A DNA stretch of 64,000 nt, taken from the sequence record OM634661.1; one strand, given 5' to 3'. A program made the translations under genes and the position numbers. Within the stretch, counting starts at the first letter, position 1. Every line of letters begins with the position of its first letter. Below the pieces are notes generated by a model that was not told where the DNA came from, did no database searches, and was given only the letters and a program-made list of their open reading frames with translations. This document shows, one piece after another, positions 40,427 to 49,574 of the stretch.

Positions 40427-40662
40427 TGAAACATGAAGTCGATGACATTGTATGTGATTTGTGCGGTAATAGCTGCAAGGTTCAATTAGGGGAAAAAACT
40501 TCTGTTTTAAATTACGCATCTATAGAGAATAATTTTAATCACCATATATCTCCTTTCTTCTCTAAAACAAATGAAGACCATCTATGCGAAGGATGTTATA
40601 AGTGGTTGATAAAAATGCTAGAAAAAAGAAAAGAAGAGATTAAAGGCGTACAACAAGACTAA
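40405..40662 (+). CDS. Zinc-finger hypothetical protein
   Basis: CDLCG...HLCEGC. Confidence 0.6.
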   Translation: MEMFKQVVKHEVDDIVCDLCGNSCKVQLGEKTSVLNYASIENNFNHHISPFFSKTNEDHLCEGCYKWLIKMLEKRKEEIKGVQQD

Positions 40663-40685
40663 AGAGTGAAGGGAAGGATAGGGGA

Positions 40686-41048
40686 ATGAAAATTTACTTA
40701 AACAAATCAAAAGTAGAATTAACAATGGATGAGTTTCTGGAGCTGTTAGAAAAAGATGCATTAGATGATATTCTAGACACTTTAGAAGATCTTGAAGAGA
40801 TTGGAAAAAATATTTCAAATTTTGATGAAATGAAGAATAGCAGTCTTTTTGATATGTTTGGTCCAGACTTTGACCCTAATAGTATTGAAGTCTATGAATT
40901 AAATCCAGGAGAAGATGGACTTCAAATGATTGACTTGACGAGTGACGAACACATCGACCTCATTCATGATATACTGAATTCTAGCAATGAAGATAATAAA
41001 GTAAGGAGATTAAGTGAACTTTTTAGTCGTACCCTTTATGATCAATAA
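40686..41048 (+). CDS. Hypothetical acidic protein
   Basis: ORF with GGGG RBS. Confidence 0.6.
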   Translation: MKIYLNKSKVELTMDEFLELLEKDALDDILDTLEDLEEIGKNISNFDEMKNSSLFDMFGPDFDPNSIEVYELNPGEDGLQMIDLTSDEHIDLIHDILNSSNEDNKVRRLSELFSRTLYDQ

Positions 41049-41067
41049 AAGATCAGAGGAGAACGTT

Positions 41068-41910
41068 ATGGATAAGAAGGAAGAACGTCATATGAGTAAA
41101 GAGATAAACATCAACAGTATTGTATTTGCATTCCAAAGTGGAAATGAAATGGCTGGTGAAGAAATCCTAAAGAAGTTTGGTGGAGATCCTAGTCAGCCAG
41201 AAATAACTGGATACTTAAAAAAATATTATGAGCTTATTAGATCAGGAACAGTCAACTTTGAAAATAAAGAAGTACGAAAAATGATGAGTTTGTTTTTTGA
41301 AGATGAAGAGATGAGAAAAAGTATTGTCAGAAGACATCAGAAAAGCGAAGTAAAGAAAGCTGTTGTGAAGATGGCAGGGCTTATCAGTACGATTATGAGT
41401 AAGGTTGAAGATGATGATTTAAAACAAGATCTAAGGATGTTGCTATTAAAAAAAGCAAGTATATACAAAAAGACAAAAGCATCTGTTTTTTTTACAGGAT
41501 ATCTTTCGACTTCATTTTATTTCGACATTAAAAATTATATTGATTCTTATAAGAAAAGCTCAGATGTGTTAGTAGCCAGATATGAAGACGTTATATCATT
41601 AGATGAAGATAAAGTACAAGACGAATCAAGCACTGTAGATGTTAAAGAGGAACGATTAAAAGATCTGATCATAGATGAGCCATATGAAGAGCTAGGAGTT
41701 AACTGGATTCATGGGATTACATCTGGAGATGAATTTAAAGACCTTACAAAATTACAACGAATGATTATTAAACTTTACTATCAAGATGGATACACAGACA
41801 AAAAGATTTCGAATCAGCTATGTTTGCATATCAATACCGTTTTTAATCAAAGAAAAAAAGCTTGTTTGAAAATAGAAGCAGCATTGAAAGAAGCTGGTAG
41901 AAATGAATAA
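41068..41910 (+). CDS. sigma70-family-like RNA polymerase sigma factor
   Basis: DDLKQD...FTGYL...F...IKNYI (region 2-like); LTKLQRMIIKLYYQDGYTDKKISNQLCLHINTVFNQRKKA (region 4 HTH). GAGGAG RBS precedes ATG 41068. Confidence 0.7.
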   Translation: MDKKEERHMSKEININSIVFAFQSGNEMAGEEILKKFGGDPSQPEITGYLKKYYELIRSGTVNFENKEVRKMMSLFFEDEEMRKSIVRRHQKSEVKKAVVKMAGLISTIMSKVEDDDLKQDLRMLLLKKASIYKKTKASVFFTGYLSTSFYFDIKNYIDSYKKSSDVLVARYEDVISLDEDKVQDESSTVDVKEERLKDLIIDEPYEELGVNWIHGITSGDEFKDLTKLQRMIIKLYYQDGYTDKKISNQLCLHINTVFNQRKKACLKIEAALKEAGRNE

Positions 41911-42433
41911 GGAAACAAAATGTTTAGTATGTAATAAAACATTGAAATATACAACAAAGAAGCCAGAGAAGTGTATGAATTGCAGACTTGGTAAAACAGT
42001 TGAAAAGAAAGTGGTTAAGAAGAAGACAAGAAAGAGAAAACCCGCAAACAAGAATACACAAGGCGAGCTTCTTTTATTCAATGTACTAAATCAATGCATT
42101 CAAGATCAAGAGTATATCAATCATGGGTATTATTCTTTCTTAAAAAGCCCAAAGGGAAAACCGATGCAGCTTGATAGATATTACCCTGATTTAAAATTAG
42201 CTTTTGAATTTCAAGGAGAACAGCATTTTAAATTTAACAAATGGATTCATAAAACAGAAGAGAATTTTCTTTACTATCAGAAATGCGACAAGTTGAAAAA
42301 GAAGATATGTAAAGAAAAAGGGATTACGCTAATAGAAGTAATGTACAATCATAAGATTAATAAAGATTCTATACTTATGGATATAGAAAAACATTCGAAA
42401 AAGATATATAAAAAAATAAAGGGGATGAAATAG
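41903..42433 (+). CDS. Zinc-ribbon plus Vsr/DUF559-like endonuclease
   Basis: CLVC..CMNC; QLDRYYPDLKLAFEFQGEQHF...DKLKKKICKEKGITLIEV. Confidence 0.75.
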   Translation: MNKETKCLVCNKTLKYTTKKPEKCMNCRLGKTVEKKVVKKKTRKRKPANKNTQGELLLFNVLNQCIQDQEYINHGYYSFLKSPKGKPMQLDRYYPDLKLAFEFQGEQHFKFNKWIHKTEENFLYYQKCDKLKKKICKEKGITLIEVMYNHKINKDSILMDIEKHSKKIYKKIKGMK

Positions 42434-42434
42434 T

Positions 42435-43106
42435 TTGAGTGAGGTATTGAAATGTAGAGTGTTGAATTCCACAAAGCGAATTGTGATTGCAACAGCACCA
42501 AGAGCAAGCGGAAAGACATCATGTTTGAAAGATAAAATTATAACAAAAGCTAAAACAAGTAGTGAAGATCTAAGCTTTGTGTATATTGGAATGTCACAGA
42601 CTTCGAATCATCATTTCATTTCATTTTTAAGAGATGAATTGAGAGAATCGGGATTTCAATTAAATATGTTTTCTAGAGATAAAATGGTTTTCAAAGGACG
42701 AAATGGGAACCTAGTTTACTTAAACTGTATTACTGATCGCAATTTAGATTCATTAAGAGGATACAATGTAGATTATGTGCTAATAGATGAAGTAGATATC
42801 AATATCTATAATCTTATTACAAAAACTTCTGGTCAAACAAAACAAATTATATTCGTAGGTACTGGAACAGTCAAAGACTCTTCTTTGTCTTTCTTAAAAG
42901 AATCAGAAGAAGTTGATGTGATTAATGTTTATTTGAATGAAGTATGTGTAATGGAAGAATTAAAAGTGAGAGATATCATGTGGCATATTGATAGTGTAAA
43001 AAAAGAATTTGATTTAAATGATTCAGAAGAAAATGGATTCCGCATAGATGCATCTCATATATCTGCTGTCAGAGGAGATTTTAGAATGGATTTGACACAA
43101 AGATAA
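42435..43106 (+). CDS. P-loop ATPase resembling the ATPase domain of a terminase large subunit
   Basis: ATAPRASGKT; SLRGYNVDYVLIDEV; IFVGT; only 223 aa. Confidence 0.55.
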   Translation: MSEVLKCRVLNSTKRIVIATAPRASGKTSCLKDKIITKAKTSSEDLSFVYIGMSQTSNHHFISFLRDELRESGFQLNMFSRDKMVFKGRNGNLVYLNCITDRNLDSLRGYNVDYVLIDEVDINIYNLITKTSGQTKQIIFVGTGTVKDSSLSFLKESEEVDVINVYLNEVCVMEELKVRDIMWHIDSVKKEFDLNDSEENGFRIDASHISAVRGDFRMDLTQR

Positions 43107-43111
43107 TAAGA

Positions 43112-43144
43112 AGGAAGAGAGGAACAAGCCTCTCTTTTTTTTGT
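43112..43144. terminator. Terminator between convergent genes
   Basis: AGAGAGG (43116-43122) / CCTCTCT (43129-43135), followed by a T tract. Confidence 0.75.
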
Positions 43145-44014
43145 TTAAAGAATATCATTGATATTGTAGTCATGCTCAACAGGATGACAAGTGTCTCTGA
43201 AATTACAAAACCTACATTCAAAAGAAGTGGGTTGGAATTCCCTTTCAGGCAAGATATTCTTTTCAGCACAATCAATGATAAAACGAATGTCTTTTATGAT
43301 CTCATCAACTATTTTTTGGTTGTAAGAAACATGAAAGTATTTTTGATCTTGATCATTCTTGTTTTCATAATAGACAAGACCATAACGTATACCTGTTAAA
43401 TAGAAGTAGAGCTGCAATTGCATTTCGTGTTTTTTATCAGGCTTGGTTTTTGGAATATAATTCTCATATGATTTATGAGAGGAAGATTTAAATTCCACGA
43501 TCATAACATCAGAAGCCATCCCTTCATATACAAGTTTCTGATCAATCTCATTTCCATCATCATCATATACAGGAGCATGAAGCTTAATGACTTTATCATC
43601 TGGATATTCAGCTTCTGGATCTTTTAAGAAGTTATAAATGATAGCGTCTGAACGACCTGATATTTTCAGTTCTTCATCTTTAAGCTTTAGTTCTGGTGCA
43701 ATCATAATACCCATTCTTTCAAATATACCTTCCATTCTGTCATGAAACGATGTTCCATTTTCAAGAATTAGAATATTTCTTCCTTCTTTAGGTTGTTCAG
43801 GATAACCAAGTACTTGATAAGTCGCTTGTCTTTTACAAGAACCAACAGATGAAGGATAAAACTTACCTGTTCGACCTTCTTCAATTCTCTTTTTATTTAA
43901 CTGCATGCTTTCTTCTTGAAGAAAAGAATGTACCATATCTACTAAGTTTTTCGTTCCATACTTATTATTTATTTCTTTTATTTTTTCTTGTGCAGTATTA
44001 ACTGAGCTAGTCAT
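43145..44014 (-). CDS. Cas4-like PD-(D/E)XK exonuclease
   Basis: FYPSSVGSCKRQ...GTSFH...ISGRSDAI...IVEFKS...QLQLY...CRFCNFRDTC. Confidence 0.8.
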   Translation of the reverse strand: MTSSVNTAQEKIKEINNKYGTKNLVDMVHSFLQEESMQLNKKRIEEGRTGKFYPSSVGSCKRQATYQVLGYPEQPKEGRNILILENGTSFHDRMEGIFERMGIMIAPELKLKDEELKISGRSDAIIYNFLKDPEAEYPDDKVIKLHAPVYDDDGNEIDQKLVYEGMASDVMIVEFKSSSHKSYENYIPKTKPDKKHEMQLQLYFYLTGIRYGLVYYENKNDQDQKYFHVSYNQKIVDEIIKDIRFIIDCAEKNILPEREFQPTSFECRFCNFRDTCHPVEHDYNINDIL

Positions 44015-44099
44015 CTATACTTTCTCCTATCTATTGATTTTTATTTTTATAATGCTTATATTTGCCTTGTTCTCCAATAATAAAAAGGAGTTGAGTAAT

Positions 44100-44450
44100 A
44101 TGGCTGATACACCTAATTCTAATTCAGATCGTGATGAAGGAATCAGAGGTGAACTTCTTAGAAGAAAAGACGATCAGAAGAGATATGAGAACTTACCTCC
44201 TCTTCAATATGAAGACTTTTCAAATAACCCTCCAGCTGATAGCTTTTATAGTACAGGTAGAGGTTGCCCAAAATGTTCAGGTTTCCTAAGAATGTTTGAA
44301 TTAGGAGAAGATAAGAAAACATTGTGGGTTTATTGCAAGAAGTGTCACGCTAGATTTTCCCACCAAGATTTAGAATCTGATGAAATTTATCGAACCATAC
44401 CTAAAAGCATGATGCTACAATGGGTAGAAGCAAGGTATGGAAAAGATTAA
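44100..44450 (+). CDS. Zinc-ribbon protein
   Basis: CPKC...CKKC; ATG 44100 after AAGGAG. Confidence 0.65.
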   Translation: MADTPNSNSDRDEGIRGELLRRKDDQKRYENLPPLQYEDFSNNPPADSFYSTGRGCPKCSGFLRMFELGEDKKTLWVYCKKCHARFSHQDLESDEIYRTIPKSMMLQWVEARYGKD

Positions 44451-44480
44451 AAAGAGCGATCAATTGATCAGCTCTTTTTA
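44451..44480. terminator. Bidirectional terminator
   Basis: AAAGAGC.GATCA-AT-TGATC.A.GCTCTTTTT between convergent genes. Confidence 0.7.
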
Positions 44481-44482
44481 GT

Positions 44483-44938
44483 TTATTTTATTTCCGTAAA
44501 CTCATAAGATTCTGGCAAGTGAATTTTCACATTATAAATTCCTGGTTCAATTCCATGCCCTAAATCATGTTGTAGTTTTTGGAATTCAATATATGGCTTA
44601 TCTTTTTCAGTAAGATCCATATCTGTTTCATACCAAAAAGCTTTTGTTACAATACTTTCATCTTTATAAGATACAACGACTGGAGTTTTTACGACAGTTG
44701 AGATTGTGGTACGTCCAGTACCTAGTATAGATGTTTCATCTATTCTATAATCAAGCCCAGGATATTGTTCAACTCCAAAAAAATGTGTTTGAGGTTGCAC
44801 GACTCTTTTTTCTACACATGAATCACAAACTTTATTTCTGTTACTTCCGAATTCATGATAACCCAATTCGTAGGCTTTTATAATATCCTCATGAATCAAA
44901 TATTTTATGTCTTGGTTAAGATGTAAGGTTTCTTCCAT
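44483..44938 (-). CDS. Hypothetical protein
   Basis: 151-aa ORF. Confidence 0.55.
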   Translation of the reverse strand: MEETLHLNQDIKYLIHEDIIKAYELGYHEFGSNRNKVCDSCVEKRVVQPQTHFFGVEQYPGLDYRIDETSILGTGRTTISTVVKTPVVVSYKDESIVTKAFWYETDMDLTEKDKPYIEFQKLQHDLGHGIEPGIYNVKIHLPESYEFTEIK

Positions 44939-44944
44939 AAGCTA

Positions 44945-45346
44945 TTAAGTCAGCGAAAGGCGCTCCAGAGCTTTATGATTGTTTTTAATTGATTGTTTTA
45001 TCATTGCTGTTCTTAATTGCTCACATGTTAATGATTTCTTTTGTTGAAGTTTTTGCATTTTCTCCAACTCCTTTTCAAGTATTGCCATTTTTTCACTGAG
45101 TAGGTAAAAGATTAAAGAGATACATACTAATGCAACGGATATAGGATTGAAATGAAATATAAATGTCTTGGATTTAAAAGACCTTCTAGTTTGAAAAGTC
45201 TTAATAGCAGCTCGATATATTGAATAGATTAAATACAAAATAGATATTGTCAAAACAATGGATAACCAAAAAGATCCTGATAACCAATGAATTTCTCTGA
45301 CGACATTAGATTGTTTCCCTAATTCTATAACTTCTTCAAGTTCCAT
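44945..45346 (-). CDS. Hypothetical membrane protein (2 TM)
   Basis: Hydrophobic segments; GGGAG RBS. Confidence 0.6.
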   Translation of the reverse strand: MELEEVIELGKQSNVVREIHWLSGSFWLSIVLTISILYLIYSIYRAAIKTFQTRRSFKSKTFIFHFNPISVALVCISLIFYLLSEKMAILEKELEKMQKLQQKKSLTCEQLRTAMIKQSIKNNHKALERLSLT

Positions 45347-45366
45347 TTAAATGCTCCCACCTTAGA

Positions 45367-45537
45367 TTACTTATAGCTTTTAAATATAGTCTTCACTAGG
45401 ATGTATGGATAAAATAGAATGACAAACCACCACATTTGAATAATAAATCCTCCATCTTGAGATCTGAGGACCCAATAGCTTAATGTAAAAAGTCCAAGTA
45501 AAAGGTAGATGAATAAACAGATTAAAATAAATAACAT
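45367..45537 (-). CDS. Small membrane protein (56 aa; not in the ORF track)
   Basis: MLFILICLFIYLLLGLF...FYPYILVKTIFKSYK. Confidence 0.55.
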   Translation of the reverse strand: MLFILICLFIYLLLGLFTLSYWVLRSQDGGFIIQMWWFVILFYPYILVKTIFKSYK

Positions 45538-45544
45538 TGTTTAA

Positions 45545-45850
45545 TTACTCCTTTGAGAATGGATTATTCTTCTTAACATCTTCGAGGATGTTTTTCTTAG
45601 CTTTTTCTCTTTGTTCTTCAAGAGTGTTTAGAGTTTTCTCTTTAAACTCTTTCTGTTCTTTACAATCTTTTATATTGCATTCAACATAAACAAAACCATC
45701 TTCTTCAAGCATCTTTACAATAGGATTAGATCTATTCTCAAGAAAAGGTTTCATTGTAGGCGCATGACCTTGTTTGCCGCACTTTCTACACTGTGTTGGA
45801 ACATAGGTTAAATCATCCAGATTAAAGTTTTGATTATTCAATATAAGCAC
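45545..45850 (-). CDS. Zinc-binding hypothetical protein
   Basis: CRKC...CNIKDC; GGGGAG RBS. Confidence 0.6.
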   Translation of the reverse strand: MLILNNQNFNLDDLTYVPTQCRKCGKQGHAPTMKPFLENRSNPIVKMLEEDGFVYVECNIKDCKEQKEFKEKTLNTLEEQREKAKKNILEDVKKNNPFSKE

Positions 45851-45890
45851 TCCCCTTCTAAAGAGAACATAAGCAATTACATATGAAAAA

Positions 45891-46649
45891 TCAAGAGCTT
45901 CGAATCTTTAAATACATTGATTCTACAGACTTTTTCGTTCGACCAAGTTGATCAGCAATCTCTTTGTAAGTGAGATTGGATTGTCTTAATTGAATCAAAC
46001 GATCTTTCTCTTCGTCTGTCCATTGCTTCTTAATTGAAGAGGAGTTAGACATTTCTTTTTGAAGCAAAAACCTTTTCTTTTTGATGGAATAGATAGACCT
46101 TTCAAGTCTTAAAGAAATGTCTTCATATGAATAATGTGCATTAAACATCTGCATTAAAGTTCTTTCTTCATTTTTAGTCCATTGGCGATTGGTTCTCTTA
46201 GGTAGATAGAAATCTTTTCTTCTTTCTTCTTCAAACCAATCTGGTTCAGGAAGTAGAGTTCCTTTTTCAATTTTATAAAAATTCAAAAGATGCTTATGTG
46301 ATTGCGCCCATTCCCAAAAGTCTTCAGGGTAGATGGAATAAGATAAGCGAGATTTATCTTTGATCTTTAATCTGAGTGCTTTTCTTGAAGCAGGTAGACC
46401 ATACTTCTCAATCCAGTTCTTAACAGATTTAGGTTCTACGTTAAGGTATGAAGAGATTTGAGAGAGTGAGAGACTGCCTGATAAGTCTTTTATATTAGAC
46501 ATGCCTAAGTGCTCTAATCTTGATTGTATAGCATATGGTGTTCTGTTAAGCTTTTCAGCTATGTAATTAAAGGACTTATATCCAGCTAATTCTAATAAAA
46601 TATCTTCTTCCTCTCTCGTCCATCTTTTATATTTTCTCAAATAAAACAC
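45891..46649 (-). CDS. DNA-binding protein with three Myb/SANT-like WTxxE HTH repeats
   Basis: RWTREEE...IAEKLNRT; QWTKNEE...ISLRLERS; QWTDEEK...IADQLGRT. Confidence 0.75.
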   Translation of the reverse strand: MFYLRKYKRWTREEEDILLELAGYKSFNYIAEKLNRTPYAIQSRLEHLGMSNIKDLSGSLSLSQISSYLNVEPKSVKNWIEKYGLPASRKALRLKIKDKSRLSYSIYPEDFWEWAQSHKHLLNFYKIEKGTLLPEPDWFEEERRKDFYLPKRTNRQWTKNEERTLMQMFNAHYSYEDISLRLERSIYSIKKKRFLLQKEMSNSSSIKKQWTDEEKDRLIQLRQSNLTYKEIADQLGRTKKSVESMYLKIRSS

Positions 46650-46652
46650 CTC

Positions 46653-47015
46653 TTATTGTGATTCTATAGAGTAACCATATCTTTTAATGAAGACATGAAA
46701 CTCTTCTGATGTAAGATGATGTATTCTTTTATGTTCATATAAACATCTTAAAGACGATGTGATAATACAGGGCGGGTAATCATCAATATAGAACCCGCTA
46801 CCTGCTTCATCACACCCACGACATATATGATTAAAACGGAGCTTAGCAGCAACCTCCGAATGTTCATTCATAAGCATAATCATATTGTGACAAACCTTAT
46901 CATAATCAGCGTCTGATATAATAGATTCATCTAATACATAATAAAGAAAAGAGTGAACAAGAAATTGCTGCTGCAACCGTTGAATATTTTGAAGGATCAT
47001 TTGTTCATCTAGCAT
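46653..47015 (-). CDS. Stand-alone protein resembling domain Ia (NAD-binding) of NAD-dependent DNA ligase
   Basis: LVHSFLYYVLDESIISDADYDK parallels LigA Y-Y-x-x-D-x-P-x-I-S-D-x-E-Y-D; no adenylation domain. Confidence 0.65.
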   Translation of the reverse strand: MLDEQMILQNIQRLQQQFLVHSFLYYVLDESIISDADYDKVCHNMIMLMNEHSEVAAKLRFNHICRGCDEAGSGFYIDDYPPCIITSSLRCLYEHKRIHHLTSEEFHVFIKRYGYSIESQ

Positions 47016-47016
47016 A

Positions 47017-47646
47017 TTATACTCTTTGTTCAATAACAGAAGCGAGTCCTTTTTTAACAGATTCTACATAACGATAAAACTCTTCTGTTAAAGACTGTCT
47101 AGACTTCCTGTTCATTTCTCCGCTTTCAGTAAATAACTTTCTTTGTGCAGCACTTAATTCTAATTGTACGCCCATCCCTGTCTTAGTACGATTCACAATA
47201 TTATTTGGATTTGTAGCTGTAAATTTACTCGTTGCTTTCTCAGCACTAAATCCATGAGACTGAAGACTATCCAAAACAGACATAGCAAGTTCTTCATCAA
47301 GACCACCAATGATGGTGTTTGGATCATCACCTGCATATCCATGATAGGACAATGCATAGTCCACAGCATTCATCTGAGAAAGAGCTGTTGGTTCATCAAA
47401 ATTAGCACTTGTGATGTGAAGTTCAAAATTGTTTTTTGATCTAATTCCACCAAAAATATAATAGCTACTAGAAATATTTTTAGACGTTTCAGTTGTCAAT
47501 TCGCTTGTTAACGGCTCAATGTTTTCGCCATGAGGTGCAACAATGATTAGATCGCTTTGATCATTAAACTCGTGGATAACAGTATAGTCAACACCATATT
47601 CATTATCAGCTTTCAATTCTTCAAAATTATTATACAGATCTGACAT
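47017..47646 (-). CDS. pghP: Poly-gamma-glutamate hydrolase (PghP / Gamma_PGA_hydro family)
   Basis: IVAPHGENIEPLTSEL, LHITSANFDEP, LSYHGY, NPNNIVNR, GVQLELS. Confidence 0.88.
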   Translation of the reverse strand: MSDLYNNFEELKADNEYGVDYTVIHEFNDQSDLIIVAPHGENIEPLTSELTTETSKNISSSYYIFGGIRSKNNFELHITSANFDEPTALSQMNAVDYALSYHGYAGDDPNTIIGGLDEELAMSVLDSLQSHGFSAEKATSKFTATNPNNIVNRTKTGMGVQLELSAAQRKLFTESGEMNRKSRQSLTEEFYRYVESVKKGLASVIEQRV

Positions 47647-47724
47647 TACAATACCCCCTAAATATATTTAAATTAAATAATACTAACAGTCATAAAAAGA
47701 CCATTAGTATTATTACTCAAAACA

Positions 47725-47832
47725 TTATTCACAGTCACACATACATTCGCAGTCTAAGCAGTCTTCACAATAATTTATGTCTGTTGTAGGTAATCCACAA
47801 TTTCCGCAGAAGTAATCATCAAGATCATGCAT
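47725..47832 (-). CDS. Cys-rich mini-protein (35 aa, 8 Cys)
   Basis: MHDLDDYFCGNCGLPTTDINYCEDCLDCECMCDCE; start overlaps the upstream stop (ATGCATGA). Confidence 0.5.
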   Translation of the reverse strand: MHDLDDYFCGNCGLPTTDINYCEDCLDCECMCDCE

Positions 47833-48040
47833 TCTTAGCTTTAATGATTTCAGTGATTTTACGTTCAGCATATTCCATGATATAGAATTTTTCTTCTTCA
47901 TTTTGAATATCTTTTTGATTTCGATAGTCATCAACAATTTCATTTGCTAAAGACTCGATTTCACTCCAATCATCAAAAGTGATATTTGAGTCGTAAGTTC
48001 CAATAATATAAGCAACTTTCATATGATTGCTTTCTAACAT
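47825..48040 (-). CDS. Hypothetical protein
   Basis: ORF with AAGGA RBS. Confidence 0.55.
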   Translation of the reverse strand: MLESNHMKVAYIIGTYDSNITFDDWSEIESLANEIVDDYRNQKDIQNEEEKFYIMEYAERKITEIIKAKNA

Positions 48041-48070
48041 AATTAATCATCATCCTTTTAGGGTAATTTA

Positions 48071-48274
48071 TTATTCATCGTAAAGTAATGGCTCAGGTGT
48101 CGCAATAGGCGCATTCTCATAAGTAATAACAAATACATTTTCGTGTGTATGACCAGTTTGTTTATCATAGTATTCGATATACTTTTCAACTTTATAAACC
48201 ATATCAAGCATCTCTAATGCTTCCATGTATTGAATAGCTTGTCCCAGACTGTATGCTTTCTTAATATTCATCAT
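48071..48274 (-). CDS. Hypothetical protein
   Basis: ORF with AGGAG RBS. Confidence 0.6.
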   Translation of the reverse strand: MMNIKKAYSLGQAIQYMEALEMLDMVYKVEKYIEYYDKQTGHTHENVFVITYENAPIATPEPLLYDE

Positions 48275-48287
48275 TTTTATTTCTCCT

Positions 48288-48491
48288 TTATCGAATAGTT
48301 GATATTGAAGTTATATTTGAAGATATATTACAAGATGGACATATATATTCAAAGTCTGGAGAATCAGCTAATGCAATAGGCTTGATATTCTCACCATAAA
48401 CATTTGATGTGGCATAAAGCCATTCTTCATTAGAATGTACAGATTGACATCTAGTACATTTGTAAAGAACATCATAAGTGGATTGAGTCAT
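48288..48491 (-). CDS. Zinc-ribbon protein
   Basis: CTRC...CPSC; GAGGAGG RBS. Confidence 0.65.
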   Translation of the reverse strand: MTQSTYDVLYKCTRCQSVHSNEEWLYATSNVYGENIKPIALADSPDFEYICPSCNISSNITSISTIR

Positions 48492-48512
48492 AATCCAACC
48501 TCCTCTTATACC

Positions 48513-48677
48513 TTAGTCATGTGCAGGGCCTGTGATTTCAACAATCTCATTATCAAATGAACTTGTCTCTCCAAGGTCTTCTTCAACAGAGACTAAATGT
48601 CCATGTTCATCAACAACAATGATTGCATCATACTCAACAGTTTTCGTCATTTTTGCAAATACTGTTTTATTAGCCAT
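48513..48677 (-). CDS. Hypothetical protein (54 aa; not in the ORF track)
   Basis: MANKTVFAKMTKTVEYDAII...; GAGGT RBS; start overlaps the upstream stop. Confidence 0.55.
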   Translation of the reverse strand: MANKTVFAKMTKTVEYDAIIVVDEHGHLVSVEEDLGETSSFDNEIVEITGPAHD

Positions 48678-49197
48678 GATTTTCTACCTCACTTTCATTT
48701 GCGTTTTCTGGAAGAATAGGAATACCAGGGTATCTATCACCAGCAATAAAGAAGTTACCAAATTGATCTTTGTAAGGGAATCCTTTTTCTGTCGCTTCCA
48801 TTACTTCCATTGTATGATTACATTTATGACATTCACAAACCTTCTCGTCTTTAGACAAATATCTTTTTGCTTTGTTGCCACATTCGGGACAGACGTAGTA
48901 AGTTTGATATTTTGGAGTATCTTCGTAATATCTAATGCTAACATCTTTAATAGGTGGACTATCAACATATTGTTCAATTGGTGCAAGGTAATGTTGATGT
49001 TCACTTCTTTCAGTGTTCATTAACTCTGAGTCAATCTTTTTAAGCAATGGATCAGTTAAATTTAAATTATTATCGGATATATAGTTAGTATACCCTAATT
49101 CTTTAAAGATAAACTTTAGGACGTTGATATGATTATCAACATTATCACTTTCTAATGTAATATTTAAATTATTGTTATCTGAAATATTTATTTTCAT
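48670..49197 (-). CDS. Zinc-ribbon hypothetical protein
   Basis: YQTYYVCPECGN...CHKC. Confidence 0.7.
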   Translation of the reverse strand: MKINISDNNNLNITLESDNVDNHINVLKFIFKELGYTNYISDNNLNLTDPLLKKIDSELMNTERSEHQHYLAPIEQYVDSPPIKDVSIRYYEDTPKYQTYYVCPECGNKAKRYLSKDEKVCECHKCNHTMEVMEATEKGFPYKDQFGNFFIAGDRYPGIPILPENANESEVENHG

Positions 49198-49199
49198 AT

Positions 49200-49478
49200 T
49201 TATTCTCCTTCATCGTCTTCTACTCCTATTCCAATTTGCTCTCTAGGAATGATAATTTTAATTTCTCCGAACTCGTGAGTTGTACCGATTCTTAATAAAT
49301 CTAAACTTTCAACTTCGTGTATAATGACATAATGTTCTGGTTCGTACAAAAGTACACCATTCTTAGTATTAGTAACGCCGCCAAACATTGATTGTATAAT
49401 TAAAAAGCTTGTTCCGTTATCAGTAATGATCATGTCTCCGTATCTAGGAGACTTCTTATATTTATCGTATCTTATCAT
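49200..49478 (-). CDS. Hypothetical protein
   Basis: ORF with AGGAGG RBS. Confidence 0.6.
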   Translation of the reverse strand: MIRYDKYKKSPRYGDMIITDNGTSFLIIQSMFGGVTNTKNGVLLYEPEHYVIIHEVESLDLLRIGTTHEFGEIKIIIPREQIGIGVEDDEGE

Positions 49479-49574
49479 GTTTAATCCTCCTAGTAATTAT
49501 ATTATATATGATAAATCATTAAATCAATATAATATTGCACATACCCTTAAAACAATATTTACTAAACATGTTAT

